DNA of 55,624 nt from an uncultured Dialister sp. (GCA_900545785.1 URAA01000001.1:1-55624), one strand, 5' to 3'. Positions 39,707 to 49,702 are shown, counted from the first letter of the stretch. A program made the numbers and translations. The notes: generated by a model from the sequence alone, not told the origin.

Positions 39707-41500
39707 TTACTGAAGAGAAGCTATATAGTTTTCCAAGAAGTCCGGCAATTTTTCATTGGCTTTGAGGCCCGGCGAGAGGGAGATGAACCGCAGATTGAAA
39801 TCATTATCTCCTCCCGGAGGAATTTCTTTCGGGAACACCGCCCACACTTCTTTCACGGGCCTGCTGTTCCGTAAAGATTCCCCTTCCGTCATCGTCCGAT
39901 AAAATTTTGTATTCATGTCCCGATAGGCATTGAACTGGCTTCGGATACCTGCACTCCGCCCGGGATCACGCCAGAGGAAAAAGATATCCCTGTACTTGAA
40001 ATCCGCTGCAAGAGAGCCGATATATTCCCCCTCTTTATAACAGTCCATGCGGAAATCGGGCCTGCGGTGGCTGTTGTTCGTATACAGAGGCGCCCTGTCC
40101 CTGTCGGTTTCCGCCGATGATTTGGGAACGAGGCCGTCATAGACGAGGCGCACTTTTTCCTGATTTCTTGTAAGGATGATTTCCGTTCCGCTTTCCAGTC
40201 CGGAGAGACGGTACTTCCCGTCTTCTTTAATCACCGCCGGACCTGTCTCCACTTCCCAGCCCTTTGCTTCCAGTGCTTTGATAAATTGGAGGAAGCACCA
40301 GAGTTCATATAATTTATCCGTCCGCTTCCATTGGAATTGGTAGAAAGAGGAAACGGAAAGGCTGTCTCCGGGATCTTTTAAATTTCTGTAAAGATGGTAC
40401 AGCACGGCATAGCGGACATCGCGAAACACTTTCATCGGGAGGACTTCCGGCATCTTATCTCCTGCAAAACGAAACCAAGGCGCCGCCGTGACCGCCCGTA
40501 TGGCATTTTGTATTTTCACCGCCCGTTTTCTGTATTCGCTGAAATGATCGATCGCTTTTTCCCCGTTACGGAAATCATTGTTTCTTCCGAAGAGTTTCAA
40601 TTCTGCCTGTCTCGTTTTCAATTTTGCCGCATGGCCGTCAATTTCACGGATGAAAATTCTTAAAATTTCATCAAGCTTCATCAAAATCGCTTTGGCAAAA
40701 CAGTTCTCAGGCACATTCCAAGTGATTTCCCTGTGGGTGACCGCCACCAAAGGAGAGCCTTCTCTGATACGGATGCTTTCGGGCCGGATATGTCTTTCCC
40801 GTTTGACCCGTTCGGCAGGAAGAATTTTTCTTTTTACCGCAAGCCCTCCGTTGGCTGTTCTTGCCAGTTCGGAGAGGACGTTCAGCACCCGTTCCGACTC
40901 GTCGCTGATGGTATAAAAACGGAGGAGCATGGACGAAGAAATTCCCATCCTGTCCTCGACGGATCGGGAAATATGAATGCTCCTTTTCATGAAATCGAAA
41001 GAAAGCCCCTTGATTTCCTCCACCAGTTCGTCCCGCATATCCTGCCAGCTTCTCTTCCCCATAAATTTCGGGGTGATTTCCAGAAGGCCGTACCATTCTT
41101 TGCCGCCGCCGGAAACGGTGATCACATAATAACCGGGGACGAGGGGAAAATCTTTTCCTTCAAAAAGGAGAATCGGTTCTCCGTATTTGCCTGCAGGGCG
41201 GATATAGCTCTGGCCGTCGATTTTTTCCGCCCCCGGGATTGAAACCACATCAAGGCCGTCCATGGTGAAACGAAAATCGGGAGGCCCGTCAAAATGAACC
41301 GCCACATCCTGATTTTCCGCAAGCGAAAGACCTGCGTCCATATCGGCAAAAGCTTCTTCCCTGTCCTCGCTGAATTTGGTGAAAGAATGAGTTTTCCCCC
41401 CTTCTTTCTTCGTCACAAAAAAGAGGGAAAAGGGAAATTTTTTTCTTTCTTTTCCTCTATAAAAGGGAAGGCGGTTTATTTTATCAGATGATGTAATCAT
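39707..41500 (-). CDS. McrC-like nuclease (DUF2357 plus PD-(D/E)xK domain)
   Basis: NVPEN.F.K, LYELWCFLQ and RPDF...ADFKYR catalytic motif; overlaps the upstream McrB-like gene. Confidence 0.82.
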   Translation of the reverse strand: MITSSDKINRLPFYRGKERKKFPFSLFFVTKKEGGKTHSFTKFSEDREEAFADMDAGLSLAENQDVAVHFDGPPDFRFTMDGLDVVSIPGAEKIDGQSYIRPAGKYGEPILLFEGKDFPLVPGYYVITVSGGGKEWYGLLEITPKFMGKRSWQDMRDELVEEIKGLSFDFMKRSIHISRSVEDRMGISSSMLLRFYTISDESERVLNVLSELARTANGGLAVKRKILPAERVKRERHIRPESIRIREGSPLVAVTHREITWNVPENCFAKAILMKLDEILRIFIREIDGHAAKLKTRQAELKLFGRNNDFRNGEKAIDHFSEYRKRAVKIQNAIRAVTAAPWFRFAGDKMPEVLPMKVFRDVRYAVLYHLYRNLKDPGDSLSVSSFYQFQWKRTDKLYELWCFLQFIKALEAKGWEVETGPAVIKEDGKYRLSGLESGTEIILTRNQEKVRLVYDGLVPKSSAETDRDRAPLYTNNSHRRPDFRMDCYKEGEYIGSLAADFKYRDIFFLWRDPGRSAGIRSQFNAYRDMNTKFYRTMTEGESLRNSRPVKEVWAVFPKEIPPGGDNDFNLRFISLSPGLKANEKLPDFLENYIASLQ

Positions 41501-43598
41501 ACAGATCCAGTTCCCTTGCTTTATCTGCCAGTGCTTTTCTCGTTTCTCCGAAATCGGAAAGATCTTTAAATTCGTCCAAAATGCGGATAAGGCCGCCTTC
41601 GGGGACTCCCTTGTCGGAGAGAGAAATCAAAGTGCCTGCCTGACGGGAAGATCCTCTGATTTTCGTCAGAATGCGCTGCACCATCTGAGAGTCCAGCCCT
41701 TCTTCCCTGTCAAAATCGTAGTCAAGAGGAATATTTTTCAAATACCTGTCTATCTGGCATGCCACACGGAACCCGATGCCGCAGGGAATGCCGCTCTTTT
41801 GAAAAGCATCGTTCAATGCATCAAGAAATTCCAGTTCCCTCTCGGTCAGTGCAATTTTCCCGTCTTTTCTGAAACGGAAAAATTCGGAAGCGGTCACTTT
41901 TCTGATCTCCCGTTTTTCTCCTCTTGCCGCTTTTATCCAGTCTTTGAATTTCCCCGCGTGGAGGGTCAGCACATTGGCCCTGTCCAGTATTTTATCGGAA
42001 AAATGATAGGTCGATTCGTCTATATTGACGGTCCCTGCAAAAATAATGTTTTTCCCGATGGAAATTTCCGCAGGATAGTCGCCGCTGTTGTAGAGCCTGT
42101 TTTGCAAAGACGGATTGTACAGGCGGATCCGCGGATCATTTTCCTGTTCAAGCACGGAAATAAACTGGGCAAAATAATGCTCCGCTCTTGCCAGATTCAT
42201 TTCGTCGAAACAGATGATATATAAATTGTCTTTATCTTTTTCCGCTTTGATGAGCAGTTCCGCAAGACCCGTGTCGGCAGGACGGTAGATCATATTTTTC
42301 ATGTCCGCATAGCCGAGAATGTCCCCGTCATCCATCCATGAAGGGCGGACGGGAATGAGGGAAATATTTTCCGAAGGAAGGCCGAGCGCTTCTCCGTATA
42401 GGCGGACCAGTCCCGATTTCCCCGTTCCCGAAAGGCCTGCCAGAATGGTGAGCCGTGACGATTTGACGGAAATATGGAAATTCACCAGATCTTTTTCATC
42501 GTAAAAAAGTCCTTTATAAGATGCGAGCGCAGACAGCTGTTCCAAGAAATCTTCTTCTCCGAAAGGTTTTTCTTCCGAGAGAATCATTTCTTTCTTGTCC
42601 GTTTCTATTTTTTCCGTTTCTTCTTTTATTTCTTCTTTTTCTGCCGGTCCCGTTTCTGTTTTTTCCTCCCTTTTATCGTCCGCGAGAAGGGAAGCAAAGG
42701 AGGGCCGGTATTCTTCAAAAGAAATCGTTTCTTCCCCGTCATTGAAATACAGTCCTTCTTCCGCGATGCCGTGGGCAGCAAGAATATTGCCGTTTTCGGG
42801 AACGGGGGTCAGATCCTGTTTGAATTCTTCCAGATTGTCTGCAGGAACGTACCAGAGAGGCCCGCTCTTGCAGCAGAGGATATGTTTTCCCAAAATATAA
42901 TCATCGGGAGAAATCACTTTATATCCGAGACGGTCGCCGTCGCGGAGGTGGAAATACGCGCCTCCTTCGCCAATCACGCCGTGATCGAAGCTGTCCGCTT
43001 CCATGGGGGCAAAGATGATGTATTCTCCCAATTTTCCGTCATACGAATCGGTGCCTGCAGCAACAAAAAAGGGCGCCCACACATTGTTCCAATATTTTTT
43101 GGACAGCCCGGGAATCGGTTTTCCCGTCAGAATATGGCGGCAAAATTTATTGATATCCCCGTTGAATACGGACTGCCCGTTTTTTCCGAATGCAGGAAGA
43201 GGGATATAGTCTTCGTCCTGATCCATATAAAAAGTGCGGCCTTCTTTTTTGATATCATCAAGGACATAAAATTTATTGTTCCGAATGGCAGGAGTAAAGG
43301 TGATAAAAGAATCGCCGAAATCTTTTTGCAGCTGTTCCAGTGCCGCTTCTTCCGTATCAAAAGCATTGTAGCCGTATCCGCAGCGGCTCATAAAACCGGT
43401 AAAACCATAAGGCATCTCTTCGGAAAATTCCGGCGGCAGCGGCGATAAAGGATCGACAAAAAAACGGTAATCTTTTACTCCCGGCTGCGGTGTCGATACT
43501 TTCACTTTCGACCGCATTCTGCCGAGCACTTTCCCCTCCGACTGGCGCAGGAAGAAGGACGAGTCTCCTCCGAAACTTTGCGCATTAAAATAAGGCAT
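41484..43598 (-). CDS. McrB-family AAA+ GTPase/ATPase with uncharacterised N-terminal domain
   Basis: ILAGLSGTGKS (Walker A), PVRPSW.D, FDEMNLARAEHYFA (Walker B) and GTVNIDESTYHFSDKILDRA; likely ATG 43598 after GAGG RBS (ORF track 43730). Confidence 0.88.
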   Translation of the reverse strand: MPYFNAQSFGGDSSFFLRQSEGKVLGRMRSKVKVSTPQPGVKDYRFFVDPLSPLPPEFSEEMPYGFTGFMSRCGYGYNAFDTEEAALEQLQKDFGDSFITFTPAIRNNKFYVLDDIKKEGRTFYMDQDEDYIPLPAFGKNGQSVFNGDINKFCRHILTGKPIPGLSKKYWNNVWAPFFVAAGTDSYDGKLGEYIIFAPMEADSFDHGVIGEGGAYFHLRDGDRLGYKVISPDDYILGKHILCCKSGPLWYVPADNLEEFKQDLTPVPENGNILAAHGIAEEGLYFNDGEETISFEEYRPSFASLLADDKREEKTETGPAEKEEIKEETEKIETDKKEMILSEEKPFGEEDFLEQLSALASYKGLFYDEKDLVNFHISVKSSRLTILAGLSGTGKSGLVRLYGEALGLPSENISLIPVRPSWMDDGDILGYADMKNMIYRPADTGLAELLIKAEKDKDNLYIICFDEMNLARAEHYFAQFISVLEQENDPRIRLYNPSLQNRLYNSGDYPAEISIGKNIIFAGTVNIDESTYHFSDKILDRANVLTLHAGKFKDWIKAARGEKREIRKVTASEFFRFRKDGKIALTERELEFLDALNDAFQKSGIPCGIGFRVACQIDRYLKNIPLDYDFDREEGLDSQMVQRILTKIRGSSRQAGTLISLSDKGVPEGGLIRILDEFKDLSDFGETRKALADKARELDLYDYII

Positions 43599-43619
43599 AT
43601 GCAATTCCTCTTTTCTAAA

Positions 43620-43791
43620 TAAAAACAGCCTCCCCGGGCTCTGAAGAATCCTTTCGGATTCGGTGAAAGAAATTTTCTTTCGGGGAATATCCCCTGAAAC
43701 CATGGAATTTCCTTCCATGAAATGGTGCATCAGATCTCTCTGATACGGCGGAATCTATGATATTCATAAATTCTTTAAAATCATTCTATCA
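43620..43791 (-). promoter_or_regulatory. Extended -10 promoter and multi-hairpin leader upstream of the McrB-like gene
   Basis: TGATAGAAT at 43783-43791 (minus) followed by seven adjacent inverted repeats between 43773 and 43627. Confidence 0.5.
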
Positions 43792-43997
43792 TAACTTTTA
43801 TACGGCGGATATGAAAAAGAAAGTTCTTTCTCGGCAAATATTTCATAAAAATCCGTCTTGGGGCAGGAATCGGCTGCAAAAATTTCCTCTCCTGCCACTT
43901 TAATCTGCCGGTGAAATCTTTTTTCTCCTGCCCTTCATTCCTCCTTTCCAAAGAAAAAGCATCTCCGAAATGTGAATTTTCAGAAATGCTCATTTTT

Positions 43998-44948
43998 TTA
44001 TAACATATCCCGTTTCCAAAGAATCACCGCCGTCACCACGGTGATGACCGCTCCTATGAAAATGACTGCGGAAAATCCGATCTCCGCCGTCTCCCACGGA
44101 ACGGGCACGTTGATGCCCCACAAGCTGAATACCAGTGTGGGCACTGCCAGCAAAATGGTGACGGAAGTCAAAAATTTCATAATTTGCGACAGCCTGTTTG
44201 AAATGATGGACGAGAAAGAATCCATCATGGACATTAAAATATTGGTATAAATCTCCACCATTTCCAAGGCCTGCTTGTTTTCTATGATGACGTCTTCCAG
44301 CAGATCCTCGTCTTCTTCATACATTTTGAGAAGGGTATGGACGGGGCTGTTTCTGAGGCGCATGAGCCGTTCCATCACATTTTCATTGGCATGAAGGGCG
44401 AAGTTGAAGTAGGTCAGAGATTTCTGTAATTCAAGCATGCGGAACAATTCTTTATTTTGCAGCGATTTCCGTACTTCCGTTTCTATGGTATCCGTCTTTT
44501 TGTAGATTTGCTGCAAGAAATACAGGAAGGATGAAGATGCGGCGGATAAAATTTGGAAAAGAAATCTTGTCTTTTTATAAGTTTGGAAAGAAGGATAACT
44601 GTTCTTCACAAACTTTGCAATCACCGAGTTTTCTTCCAGACAGACGGTGACAAAATATTGTCTCGTAATAAAAATACCGAGAGGGAGCGCATCATACGCG
44701 TCGGTTTCCAAAACGACCGGCGTATTGACGACGACAAACATATATTCATCTTCCAGCTCCACGTGGGAACGTTCTTCCCGGTCCAGTACGGTCTGGAGCG
44801 TATCGACGGGAATCCCTGTCAGCTCGAAAAGTTTTTCCAATTCTTCTTTGGAAGGTGCGGAACAGTTCAGCCATGATCCTTTGTCCGCCCCGTCCAATGC
44901 GACTTCGCAAAGTTTGTGGTTTTCATCGTGTTTGTAAGCAATGAGCAT
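43998..44948 (-). CDS. corA: CorA-family magnesium transporter
   Basis: LQKSLTYF, DVIIEN.QA.EM, SIISN and WGINV (GMN-like motif) followed by two TMs; ATG at 44948. Confidence 0.9.
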   Translation of the reverse strand: MLIAYKHDENHKLCEVALDGADKGSWLNCSAPSKEELEKLFELTGIPVDTLQTVLDREERSHVELEDEYMFVVVNTPVVLETDAYDALPLGIFITRQYFVTVCLEENSVIAKFVKNSYPSFQTYKKTRFLFQILSAASSSFLYFLQQIYKKTDTIETEVRKSLQNKELFRMLELQKSLTYFNFALHANENVMERLMRLRNSPVHTLLKMYEEDEDLLEDVIIENKQALEMVEIYTNILMSMMDSFSSIISNRLSQIMKFLTSVTILLAVPTLVFSLWGINVPVPWETAEIGFSAVIFIGAVITVVTAVILWKRDML

Positions 44949-45044
44949 GGTCCGCCCCCTTCCGTGCATAATATCCCTTATACTAAATATAGTAAATAAC
45001 AACTTCATAGTTGTCAATGATAAAATCTCTTCCTTTCGGGCAAT

Positions 45045-45077
45045 AAAAAATCCGCTCATTTCGGAGCGGATCTTTTT
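45045..45077 (-). terminator. Intrinsic terminator after brnQ
   Basis: A-run-TCCGCTC/GAGCGGA-T-run hairpin. Confidence 0.7.
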
Positions 45078-45086
45078 CATACATAT

Positions 45087-46418
45087 TTATGCCGTTTCGG
45101 CAGATTTTTTATTTCCCGTGAGAGCCATCCAGATGAAGCCGATCGCAAGGCCGGCAAGGAAGAAAGAAATCCATGCCATGCTGTATTCAGCCAAGGGGAG
45201 CGATGCGAGGAGATCATCCATGGCGCCCAGTTTCAAGCCGAATCCGTGAAGTCCGTCGCAGAGAGCGGGGATCGCCGTCAGCGCCGTCGCCCATACATAG
45301 ACACAGCGGCGGCCGTGGAAGTAAGGATCGAGGAAGGTCAGAACGATGAGGGAAATAGCGAGAGGATAGAGAAGGAGCAGGACGGGGATCGAATTTTTAA
45401 TGATCGTCGTCAGTCCGAAGAGAGCAACAAAGAAGCAAAGTACCGAATAAATCGTTACGAAAGTTTTCGGTGTAATCTTCGGGAAGAGAAGATTGAAATA
45501 AGCGGCACAGGAAGCACCGAGGCCGACACTGGTGGTGAGGCAGGCAAAGATGACGATGACGCCCAAGACACCTGCACCGGCAGCGCCGAAATAATAGAGA
45601 GCCGTCTTAACGAGAACGGGAGCGCCGTTTTCCTGTACGCCGATAGCGGCTACGGAGCTTGCCCCTACATAGCAGAGAGCCGCATAGATGAGGGCCATGA
45701 AAAAGGTGGAAACGAGACCGGAGCGGAAAGTGTCTCTTGTGATCTCCGCCTTTGTTTCGGAGCCGTACATTTTGACCGATTCAACGACGATGATACCGAA
45801 AACGAGAGCCGCAAGGCCGTCCATGGTATTGTAGCCGTCCACGATGGCCTGTGTGAACGCTTTGAGCGGCGTATCATAAGCGGCTGCCGGCGTCTGCCAT
45901 GCTCCCATGGGATGAATGATCGCAGCGACAATGAGAAGGAATAAAAACAGAAGCAGGACGGGGGTCATGAATTTACCGACCCGGGTAACCAGTTTGGACG
46001 GGGAAATAGCAAGCCACCAGGTAAGAATAAAGAAGATTGCTGCAAACACATAAAGCCCGATGTCCCGAATTTCCGGAGCCAAATTTTGAGCGATTGCCAC
46101 TTCATAAGCCACCGTTGCCGTACGGGGAGCCGCAAAGAACGGTCCGATCGTCATGTACAGGGCGGTGCAGAAAAACAGGCTGTACAGGGGATGAATTCTC
46201 GAAGCCAGTTCACGAAGGTTCACGCCGGAATAACAAATGGCAAGCACGCCAAGGAGAGGCAGTCCCACACCGGTAATCAAAAAGCCGATAGTGGCAGGAA
46301 TGGTGTTTAAACCGGAATTCTGACCCATAAACACGGGGAAAATCAAGTTCCCTGCTCCGAAAAACAGAGCAAACAGCATGAGTCCGATCGCAATAAATGC
46401 ATTGTTAGATTTCTTCAT
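45087..46418 (-). CDS. brnQ: Branched-chain amino acid:cation symporter
   Basis: FALFFGAGNLIFP, IGPFFAAPRTA, GYNTMD and ACLTTSVGL; ATG 46418 after GGAGG. Confidence 0.95.
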   Translation of the reverse strand: MKKSNNAFIAIGLMLFALFFGAGNLIFPVFMGQNSGLNTIPATIGFLITGVGLPLLGVLAICYSGVNLRELASRIHPLYSLFFCTALYMTIGPFFAAPRTATVAYEVAIAQNLAPEIRDIGLYVFAAIFFILTWWLAISPSKLVTRVGKFMTPVLLLFLFLLIVAAIIHPMGAWQTPAAAYDTPLKAFTQAIVDGYNTMDGLAALVFGIIVVESVKMYGSETKAEITRDTFRSGLVSTFFMALIYAALCYVGASSVAAIGVQENGAPVLVKTALYYFGAAGAGVLGVIVIFACLTTSVGLGASCAAYFNLLFPKITPKTFVTIYSVLCFFVALFGLTTIIKNSIPVLLLLYPLAISLIVLTFLDPYFHGRRCVYVWATALTAIPALCDGLHGFGLKLGAMDDLLASLPLAEYSMAWISFFLAGLAIGFIWMALTGNKKSAETA

Positions 46419-46761
46419 GGGAAACGCCTCCTTTTTTTCCATACTGTAGTTCCCATTTCATCCGCTTTGCGGATATCCCATTTTCATTTCTGATATTCGG
46501 ATAAAAATCCGCTCCCCTCTGCGTTTCTATCCTCTAAATGGTATAGAAATCATTATATCATCAACTTTATGAATTGTTAATAACTTTTTATCTTAATTTT
46601 GTAAAAAAAATAAAACTTGTCAAACTCCGTAAATATCGGAAAAAAGCAAGTTTCATTTTTCTTTTTTATAAAATTACAGAAAGGAAAATTTCCTTCCCCG
46701 TCATTTTTATTTTCCGAGGAAGAATATTTCTTTCCTTTTTGAAAAATTGACTCCCTTTCCG

Positions 46762-47664
46762 TTATCGCCCCGTCACCACCATGACGGCAGCAATGATGAG
46801 GAACATCCCGAGAAGTTCAAACATGCCGAAAGACATGCCGAAAATGAGGAAAGAAAAAATAATGGACGACAGCGGTTCCAAAGCGGCGATGATGCTTGCT
46901 TCCCCGGGGTCGATATAAGCAACGCTTCCCAGATACATGCAAAAGGAAAGAACCGTACCGAAAATGACCACATAGACGAAAGCCATGAGGGTCTCCAAAT
47001 TCAATTCTCCCGTCACGGGCGTGACAAAAGCCACGGGGGCTATCAACACGGCGGCTACGATCATGCCCCAGCCCACCACGAGGGAAGAGCGCCATTTTTC
47101 AATGATTCTTTTCGGCGAAACGGTGTAAAAAGCACAGGCAAGGGCTGCCAGAAGTCCCCAGAAGAGAGCCTTTTCCGAAATGGCAAGCTCGTCAAAACGG
47201 CCCTGTGTCGCAATGAGTGCCGTTCCTGCCATGGCAAAAAGAGCACAGAACAATTCTTTTTTGTAAGGAAGTCTTCTGTATTTCAAACAGTACCATGCAA
47301 CGATGAGGATCGGCATGAGATATTCCAAAACCGTCGCCGTGGCGGCATTGCTGTACTTGATGGCAACAAAGTAGCCGTACTGGGTAAAAAGCATGCCGAG
47401 AGCGCCGAATAAAAACAGCTCCGTCCCGTCTTTTCTGTTTTTCCAGATCGAAAAAATATCCCCTCCGTGGGTGAGAGCGTCAAAAATCAAAAGCAGCACG
47501 CCCCCTGCAAGGAGACGGAAAAAAGTAAGCCATTCGGGAGATACCTGCTGATGGCCCAAAAGATACTGGCCGGCAATGCCGGAACTTCCCCATAGGATCG
47601 ACCCTGCCGCAGCAAGGATAATCCCTCTCATTCGCAAATTTTCCAAAAGATCACCTGTATTCAA
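46762..47664 (-). CDS. EamA/DMT-family transporter
   Basis: LWGSSG, SNAATATVLEYLMP and LEPLSS; about ten TM helices in two repeats. Confidence 0.9.
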   Translation of the reverse strand: MNTGDLLENLRMRGIILAAAGSILWGSSGIAGQYLLGHQQVSPEWLTFFRLLAGGVLLLIFDALTHGGDIFSIWKNRKDGTELFLFGALGMLFTQYGYFVAIKYSNAATATVLEYLMPILIVAWYCLKYRRLPYKKELFCALFAMAGTALIATQGRFDELAISEKALFWGLLAALACAFYTVSPKRIIEKWRSSLVVGWGMIVAAVLIAPVAFVTPVTGELNLETLMAFVYVVIFGTVLSFCMYLGSVAYIDPGEASIIAALEPLSSIIFSFLIFGMSFGMFELLGMFLIIAAVMVVTGR

Positions 47665-47817
47665 CCGCTTTGTAAAGCGGACATATTGATTTACTTATTC
47701 TATCACATTCAAAAAAGACTGCCTTCTTATTATTGTTCTTCTTATTACTATCCTTCTTGACCGCTTTTTCCCGAGCCATTATGATAGTAATTAATATCAC
47801 TTAAAAAGGAGATTTCT

Positions 47818-49095
47818 ATGAATATAACGGATGAAGTCATGAAAATGAAAGCGGCAGCGCCCTTTATGGCTTCCGCTTCGGAAGAAACAAGAAATAAAGC
47901 GCTTTCTCTCATCATGGAAAAATTAAAGGAGAGGAAAGAAGAAATCTTTTCCGCCAACCGCAAAGATACGGAAAGAGCGGAAGAAGAAAAAACAGCGCTT
48001 CCTCTTTTAAGCCGTCTTCATTTCGGAGAAGAAAAATTGTCGGATCTGTCAAAAGGATTAGAACAGCTGATTTCTCTTCCCGATCCGACGGGCCGTGTCA
48101 CCCTTTCAAGAGAACTTGATGAAAATCTCCGCCTCTACCGTGTCACCTGCCCCATCGGCGTTATCGGCGTTATTTTCGAAGCCCGTCCGGATGCGCTGGT
48201 CCAGATCGCTTCTCTTGCCATAAAAACAGGAAACTGCGCCGTTCTGAAAGGCGGAAAGGAAGCAAAAGAAACGAACCGCATCCTTTTTGCAATCATTCAT
48301 GACGCCGCCACAGAAGCGGGCCTTCCCGAAGAATCGCTCCTCCTTGCGGAAGCGCACAGTGAAATCGACGAACTTCTCCGCTGCACCGGTTATGTGGATC
48401 TCATCATTCCCAGAGGCTCCAATGATTTTGTCCGGTACATCATGGAGCATACGAAAATTCCCGTCATGGGCCATGCCGACGGAATCTGCCATATCTATGT
48501 TGACAAAGAGTATGACAAAGAAAAAGCGATCCCTGTCATCATCGATGCAAAAACACAATATCCCGCCGCCTGCAATGCGGTGGAAACCGTTCTCGTCCAT
48601 CGTGAAATCGCCGCGGAATTTCTCCCCTCTCTTGCAAAAGCACTGGAAGAAAATCATGTAAAAATAAGAGGCACAAAGGAAGTTTCTTCTTTCATCCCCG
48701 TTGAAATGATTTCTGACGATGATTTCCATCATGAATATTCGGATCTGATCCTTGCCGTCAAAATCGTTGCAGACGTGAAAGAAGCGGCAGAACATATCAA
48801 CCGCTTCGGTTCTCACCATACGGACTGCATCATCACGGAAAATATGAATCATGTTGCCCTGTTCATGAAACTTGTCGATTCCGCAGGGGTCTATCACAAT
48901 GTATCCACCCGTTTTGCCGACGGCTATCGTTACGGTTTCGGCGCGGAAGTGGGCATTTCTACGGGAAAACTTCACGCCCGGGGTCCCGTCGGTCCCGAAG
49001 GCCTTCTTTCCTATAAATACAAACTTTTCGGAACGGGCCAGATCGTCAGTGACTACAGCGACGGCAAAAAAGAATTTCATTTCAAAGAATTATAA
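47818..49095 (+). CDS. proA: Gamma-glutamyl phosphate reductase
   Basis: PIGVIGVIFEARP, LKGGKEA, IPRG, ACNAVET, GSHHTD and FADGYRYGFGAEVGISTGKLHARGPVG. Confidence 0.96.
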   Translation: MNITDEVMKMKAAAPFMASASEETRNKALSLIMEKLKERKEEIFSANRKDTERAEEEKTALPLLSRLHFGEEKLSDLSKGLEQLISLPDPTGRVTLSRELDENLRLYRVTCPIGVIGVIFEARPDALVQIASLAIKTGNCAVLKGGKEAKETNRILFAIIHDAATEAGLPEESLLLAEAHSEIDELLRCTGYVDLIIPRGSNDFVRYIMEHTKIPVMGHADGICHIYVDKEYDKEKAIPVIIDAKTQYPAACNAVETVLVHREIAAEFLPSLAKALEENHVKIRGTKEVSSFIPVEMISDDDFHHEYSDLILAVKIVADVKEAAEHINRFGSHHTDCIITENMNHVALFMKLVDSAGVYHNVSTRFADGYRYGFGAEVGISTGKLHARGPVGPEGLLSYKYKLFGTGQIVSDYSDGKKEFHFKEL

Positions 49096-49117
49096 AATCT
49101 CGAAATACCGCTCCCAT

Positions 49118-49170
49118 TGAACCGGCCCCATAAAGTCGGACCAAAAATCTGACTTTAGGAGGGCGGTTTT
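49118..49170. repeat. Short palindromic element resembling joined IS3-family terminal inverted repeats
   Basis: TGAACCGGCCCCATAAAGTCGGA-CCAAAAA-TCTGACTTTAGGAGGGCGGTT; starts with TGAAC like IS150-group ends. Confidence 0.45.
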
Positions 49171-49255
49171 TTGATGAAAGAAATTTCCGCAAAAAAACTC
49201 CGCCTCGGAAATAAGGCGGAGACATTTTTGTAAAAACGGTTTTGAAAAAGAATGT

Positions 49256-49702
49256 TTAAATCTGGCCCATGCTCTTCAAAATGATCTGGGCAATGACGGC
49301 AGATCCGATATAGGTGCCGACGAATACGACGATACTGATCAGAACGATACGCCAGCTGCTCTGTACGAAAACGTCCAAATCTTTGCAGATTGCAATACCT
49401 GCATAAGCAAGAATGGGCGTGCAGAGCTGGAGGAATCCTACATGTTTGACGGAAGCATTGATGAATTCACTTCCCGGAAATCCCGGATAGGTAAGGATAC
49501 AGCCGATGGTAACGATATAGGCAGCGCCCGGAATATGGCCCGGAAGTACGCGGCCCATCCACATGCCGATGAAAGCGATGACGATGAGAATGATCATGCC
49601 CGGAATTGCTTTTTGCAGATCATTGGTGGTGCCTACCGTATTGGCTACTAAAGACATGACACCGGTGATGAGAAGAACTTGCAATATTTCTGTCAGTTTC
49701 AT
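49256..49702 (-). CDS. Small membrane protein partnering DUF3100
   Basis: About 4-5 TMs, TPILAYAGI and GTYIGSAVIAQ; 4-nt overlap with the DUF3100 gene. Confidence 0.8.
   Translation of the reverse strand: MKLTEILQVLLITGVMSLVANTVGTTNDLQKAIPGMIILIVIAFIGMWMGRVLPGHIPGAAYIVTIGCILTYPGFPGSEFINASVKHVGFLQLCTPILAYAGIAICKDLDVFVQSSWRIVLISIVVFVGTYIGSAVIAQIILKSMGQI

Noticed and set aside
42474..43448. 324-aa plus-strand ORF inside the McrB-like gene
   Set aside because: Antisense shadow; its poly-Phe stretch mirrors the Glu/Lys-rich linker on the coding strand
43620..43791. CRISPR array or CsrB-like repeat RNA
   Set aside because: The hairpins differ in sequence, have no spacers and only some carry GGA in the loop; no cas genes are in the window
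46440..46760. T-box leader or CodY site upstream of brnQ
   Set aside because: No T-box consensus or terminator/antiterminator seen; only weak AT-rich matches to the CodY motif
48106..49080. 324-aa minus-strand ORF
   Set aside because: Antisense shadow of proA
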